64,000 bases of DNA from Candidatus Zhuqueibacterota bacterium (GTDB taxonomy: Bacteria > Zhuqueibacterota > Zhuqueibacteria > JANLFK01 > Oleimicrobiaceae): the NCBI GenBank assembly GCA_024655945.1, contig JANLFK010000004.1, forward strand, positions 545 to 64,544, given 5' to 3'. Positions 61,128-64,000 of this stretch are shown piece after piece (within the stretch, counting starts at the first letter, position 1; the number at the start of each line of letters is the position of its first letter). Both the position numbers and the translations under genes were made by a program. The notes under the pieces were generated by a model. That model was not told the DNA's origin. It made no database searches and worked only from the letters and a program-made list of their open reading frames with translations.

Positions 61128-61828
61128 ATGCGGGCGGTTCTTGAGTGGCTTTCCTTAGCCATGGGTGGCTCGCCCGCCCTGGCTCTCGTTGGGGCTTTGC
61201 TGTGGGGTCTTTTGAGCATCTTGGTGAGTCCTTGCCACTTGGCAAGCATCCCGCTGGTGGTTGGCTTGATCGACGGCCTGGGGCAGATCTCCACCAGGCG
61301 CGCCTTTGTCCTTGCCCTCATTTTCGCCACCGGGATACTGCTGACCATCGCTATGGTCGGCGTGCTGACCAGCTTGACGGGCCGCATGCTTGGCGACCTG
61401 GGTGCAGTGGGCAACTATGTCGTGGCGGTCATCTTCTTTGCCATCGGACTCTATCTCTTGGGGGTGATTGACGTGCCGTGGCTTGGGGAGGGGCGCATCC
61501 CAGGCTGCACAGAGGGGGTGTGCTGGCTGCCCTAGTCATCGGCTTGCTCTTTGGACTTGCCCTGGGGCCGTGTACTTTTGCCTTCATGGCGCCCATGCTT
61601 GGGGTGGTCTTTAAGGTGGCGGCGTCGAACATCCCCTATGCAATCTCGCTGGTGCTGGCTTATGCTGTAGGGCACTGTTTTCTCATTGTGGTGGCGGGCA
61701 CCTTCACTGGCGCCGTGCAAAACTACCTGCAGTGGAACGAGCGCTCGCGGACGACGGTTATCGTGCGACGCATCTGCGGCGTGTTGGTGATTGCGGGCGG
61801 GCTTTATCTTCTGTGGACTGCGGCTTGA
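61128..61828 (+). pseudogene. CcdA/DsbD-beta cytochrome c biogenesis protein, frameshifted near 61500
   Basis: SPCHLASIP in the first frame; GPCTFAFMAP in the second. Confidence 0.8.
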
Positions 61829-61841
61829 GAGGGGAGCGCTC

Positions 61842-62318
61842 ATGGGCAGAAAGCTGAAAGTGCTTTTCCTATGCACCGGCAATTCCTGCCGCAGCCAGAT
61901 GGCCGAGGGCTGGACACGCCGTTTGAAAGGCGACGCCATCGAGGTGTGGTCGGCCGGCATTGAACCGAAGGAGGTAGACCCGCGCGCGGTGGCCGTAATG
62001 GCTGAAGCAGGGGTGGACATCTCGGGCCAGCGTTCCAAGCACGTGCGCGAGGTGATGGACATTCCCTTCGACTATGTGGTCACCGTGTGCGATCACGCGC
62101 GGGAAACGTGTCCATTGTTTCCGGGTGCCGCAAAACGGGTGCACATGGGTTTCAGGGATCCTCCGGAACTGGCACGCCGGGCGCGCACCGAGGAGGAAGC
62201 CATGCAGATCTACCGACGCGTGCGCGACGAAATTAGGGCGTTCGTGGAGGAGATGCCAGGGATCTTGGAGACCGTCTCTTCCGCAGAGCGCCACACCGCT
62301 GAGAGGAAGGGCCGGTGA
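61842..62318 (+). CDS. arsC: Thioredoxin-dependent arsenate reductase (LMW-PTP fold)
   Basis: LFLCTGNSCRSQMAEG, SAG, TVCDHARETCP, F.DP, RVRDEI. Confidence 0.92.
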   Translation: MGRKLKVLFLCTGNSCRSQMAEGWTRRLKGDAIEVWSAGIEPKEVDPRAVAVMAEAGVDISGQRSKHVREVMDIPFDYVVTVCDHARETCPLFPGAAKRVHMGFRDPPELARRARTEEEAMQIYRRVRDEIRAFVEEMPGILETVSSAERHTAERKGR

Positions 62319-62350
62319 CGGAACGAGAACAGTGGGAAAAGGGAGGCGTC

Positions 62351-63418
62351 ATGAGTGGGCAGACCGGAAAGCAATTGTCGGTGTAGGACAGGTTTTTGAC
62401 CTTGTGGATTTTCTTGGCAATGGCAGCGGGCGTGGGTTTGGGTTACCTTGTGCCTGGGGTCACGCGCCTTATTGCCAGTCTGCACGTGGGGGCGACCTCT
62501 TTGCCCATAGCCGCGGGACTCATCCTCATGATGTACCTGCCGTTGGCAAAGGTCAAGTATGAAGAGATGGTGCGGGTGTTCCAGAACAAGCGCCTTCTGG
62601 TGTTGTCCCTCCTGCAGAATTGGGTCGTGGGGCCCATCGTCATGTTCCTGCTGGCGATACTGCTTCTGCGTGACCATCCGGACTATATGATGGGTGTCAT
62701 TCTCGTCGGATTGGCGCGCTGCATCGCCATGGTCATTGTCTGGAATTCGTTGGCCGAGGGGGATCGGGAGCTGGCCGTAGGTCTGGTCGCCTTCAACGCC
62801 GTGTTCCAGGTGCTCTTCTATGCTGTCTACATCTACCTGTTCATCACTCTTGCCTTGAATTGGCTGGGAGTGGCAAGAGGGGTGGATGTGCACATCTCCA
62901 GTTTGGAGGCGGCCAAGACGGTGTTCATCTATCTTGGCATCTCCTTCCTTGCCGGCCTGATCACCCGCACGACCTTGCTCCGCCGCAAAGGGCGCGAGTG
63001 GTAGGAGAAGGTGTTCACTCCAAAGATCAGTCCCATCACCCTGGTGGCGCTCCTTTTCACCATCGTGGTGATGTTCTCCCTGAAGGGTGAGTATATCATC
63101 AAGCTGCCGCTGGACGTGCTGCGCGTGGCTGTGCCGTTGACCCTGTATTTCTTCCTGATGTGGTTTGTGACGTTCTTCCTTGCCCGCCGACTGGGGGCGA
63201 ACTATGCGCAGGTGACCGCGGTCTCCTTCACGGCCGCCAGCAATGACTTTGAGTTGGCCATTGCCGTGGCAGTGGCAATCTTTGGCATCCAGTCAAACCA
63301 GGCCTTTGCCACGGTAATCGGTCCGCTACTGGAAGTGCCCATCCTGGTCAGCTTGGTCAATGTCGCGCTGCGGCTCAGGCGGCGGTTCACCCCAGTCGAG
63401 GCGAACGAGATGGCATAA
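62351..63418 (+). pseudogene. acr3: Acr3 arsenite efflux transporter with two in-frame TAG codons (62384, 63002)
   Basis: [47 protein letters not shown], all in one frame; RBS GGAGG. Confidence 0.88.
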
Positions 63419-63464
63419 CGCGAGTGACCCACGTGGTAGAACTTTCGACGAGCAGGAGAGGAGA

Positions 63465-63737
63465 ATGAGTGAGGATTCTCGTGTGTTGACGATTCAAGTT
63501 ATTGGTCCGGGATGTCCACGCCGCGACACTTTGGAGCGGCGCGTATACGATGCATGCGCCGAGCTTGGCTCGGTGGCGGACATCGTACTTGTGCGAGATC
63601 TGAAGGAATATGCGAAGCTGGGCATCGTCTTTACCCCGGCGCTCGTGGTGGATGGCAAGGTGGTGTTGAGCGGGCGAGTCCCCTCCCTTGCGGAACTGAA
63701 GGGCCTTCTCGGGAAGCTGGCGGGAGCAGAAGTATGA
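63465..63737 (+). CDS. MTH895/small redox thioredoxin-family protein, CxxC degenerated to CPRR
   Basis: IQVIGPGCPRR..L, FTPALVVDGKVV..GRVP. Confidence 0.75.
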   Translation: MSEDSRVLTIQVIGPGCPRRDTLERRVYDACAELGSVADIVLVRDLKEYAKLGIVFTPALVVDGKVVLSGRVPSLAELKGLLGKLAGAEV

Positions 63738-63789
63738 GCGCGGCTCTCCACCCGCAGCGTCGGTGCGGATGACTGCCAGGAGGTGCAAG

Positions 63790-64000
63790 ATGGGCGGCAT
63801 ACTATCCGTCACCATCGGCGGCCGGCCTGTGGGCCTGATCGGGGTCGAAGAGGCACTGGCCGAGGCTAAGGCACGCCGCTTTGCTGACGATGAAGAGGTG
63901 AAGGCTTTCTTGTTGGCGGCCATCAAGGCGGAGAACTATGTACCCCCGCAAAAGGAGGCGGAGTACGCGGAAGCGCTGCTACAGCTCTATCGGAAAGCCA
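63790..64000 (+). CDS. Hypothetical protein, truncated by the window end
   Basis: RBS AGGAGG; MGGILSVTIGGRPVGLIGVEE...NYVPP...EY..AL. Confidence 0.6.
   Translation, partial: MGGILSVTIGGRPVGLIGVEEALAEAKARRFADDEEVKAFLLAAIKAENYVPPQKEAEYAEALLQLYRKA

Noticed and set aside
1..64000. CRISPR array, integrase, transposase, phage genes or rRNA
   Set aside because: No regularly spaced repeats or recognisable motifs seen by eye; no integrase or att duplication near the tRNAs.
34901..64000. Selenocysteine (TGA) recoding in the redox genes
   Set aside because: The interrupting in-frame stops are TAG at non-Cys positions; the CxxC and active-site positions inspected use Cys codons or missense changes.

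Overview
GC-rich DNA from a diderm bacterium. LptD, TolC and a C-terminal 'QNYPNPFN' FlgD/T9SS-type sorting domain suggest an FCB-related lineage such as KSB1 or Calditrichota; this taxonomy is inference. The window has three zones. (1) 1-2.7 kb: the tail of an accessory locus, with a frameshifted redoxin-like/NHL beta-propeller gene, a secreted 10-Cys miniprotein and a GH105 relic. (2) 2.8-34.7 kb: mostly intact housekeeping and carbohydrate genes (esterase, pectinesterase, POT-type MFS, xylB, tRNA-His, tRNA-Glu, galK, rbsK, rarA, lptD, C1 peptidase, HD-GYP, rnz, plsY, a DAK2-DegV fusion, Nif3, nitroreductase). (3) 34.9-64 kb: a co-oriented, ArsR-headed metal/sulfur/redox island in which many genes are decaying (frameshifts, amber stops, lost starts, deletions). 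Inside this island one block is intact (37.8-44.1 kb): an HdrA-N-like protein, a ferredoxin, a minimal SufC/SufB (SMS-type) pair, a CoA-binding protein, Thermococcales-like HypA plus ATPase-type HypB, a His/Cys-rich coiled-coil peptide and a radical SAM enzyme, followed by a dead second copy of the peptide gene. This block, the Cys-rich miniprotein and a structured mgtE leader are the best candidates for undescribed biology. All family assignments come from motif recognition by eye; no searches were run.
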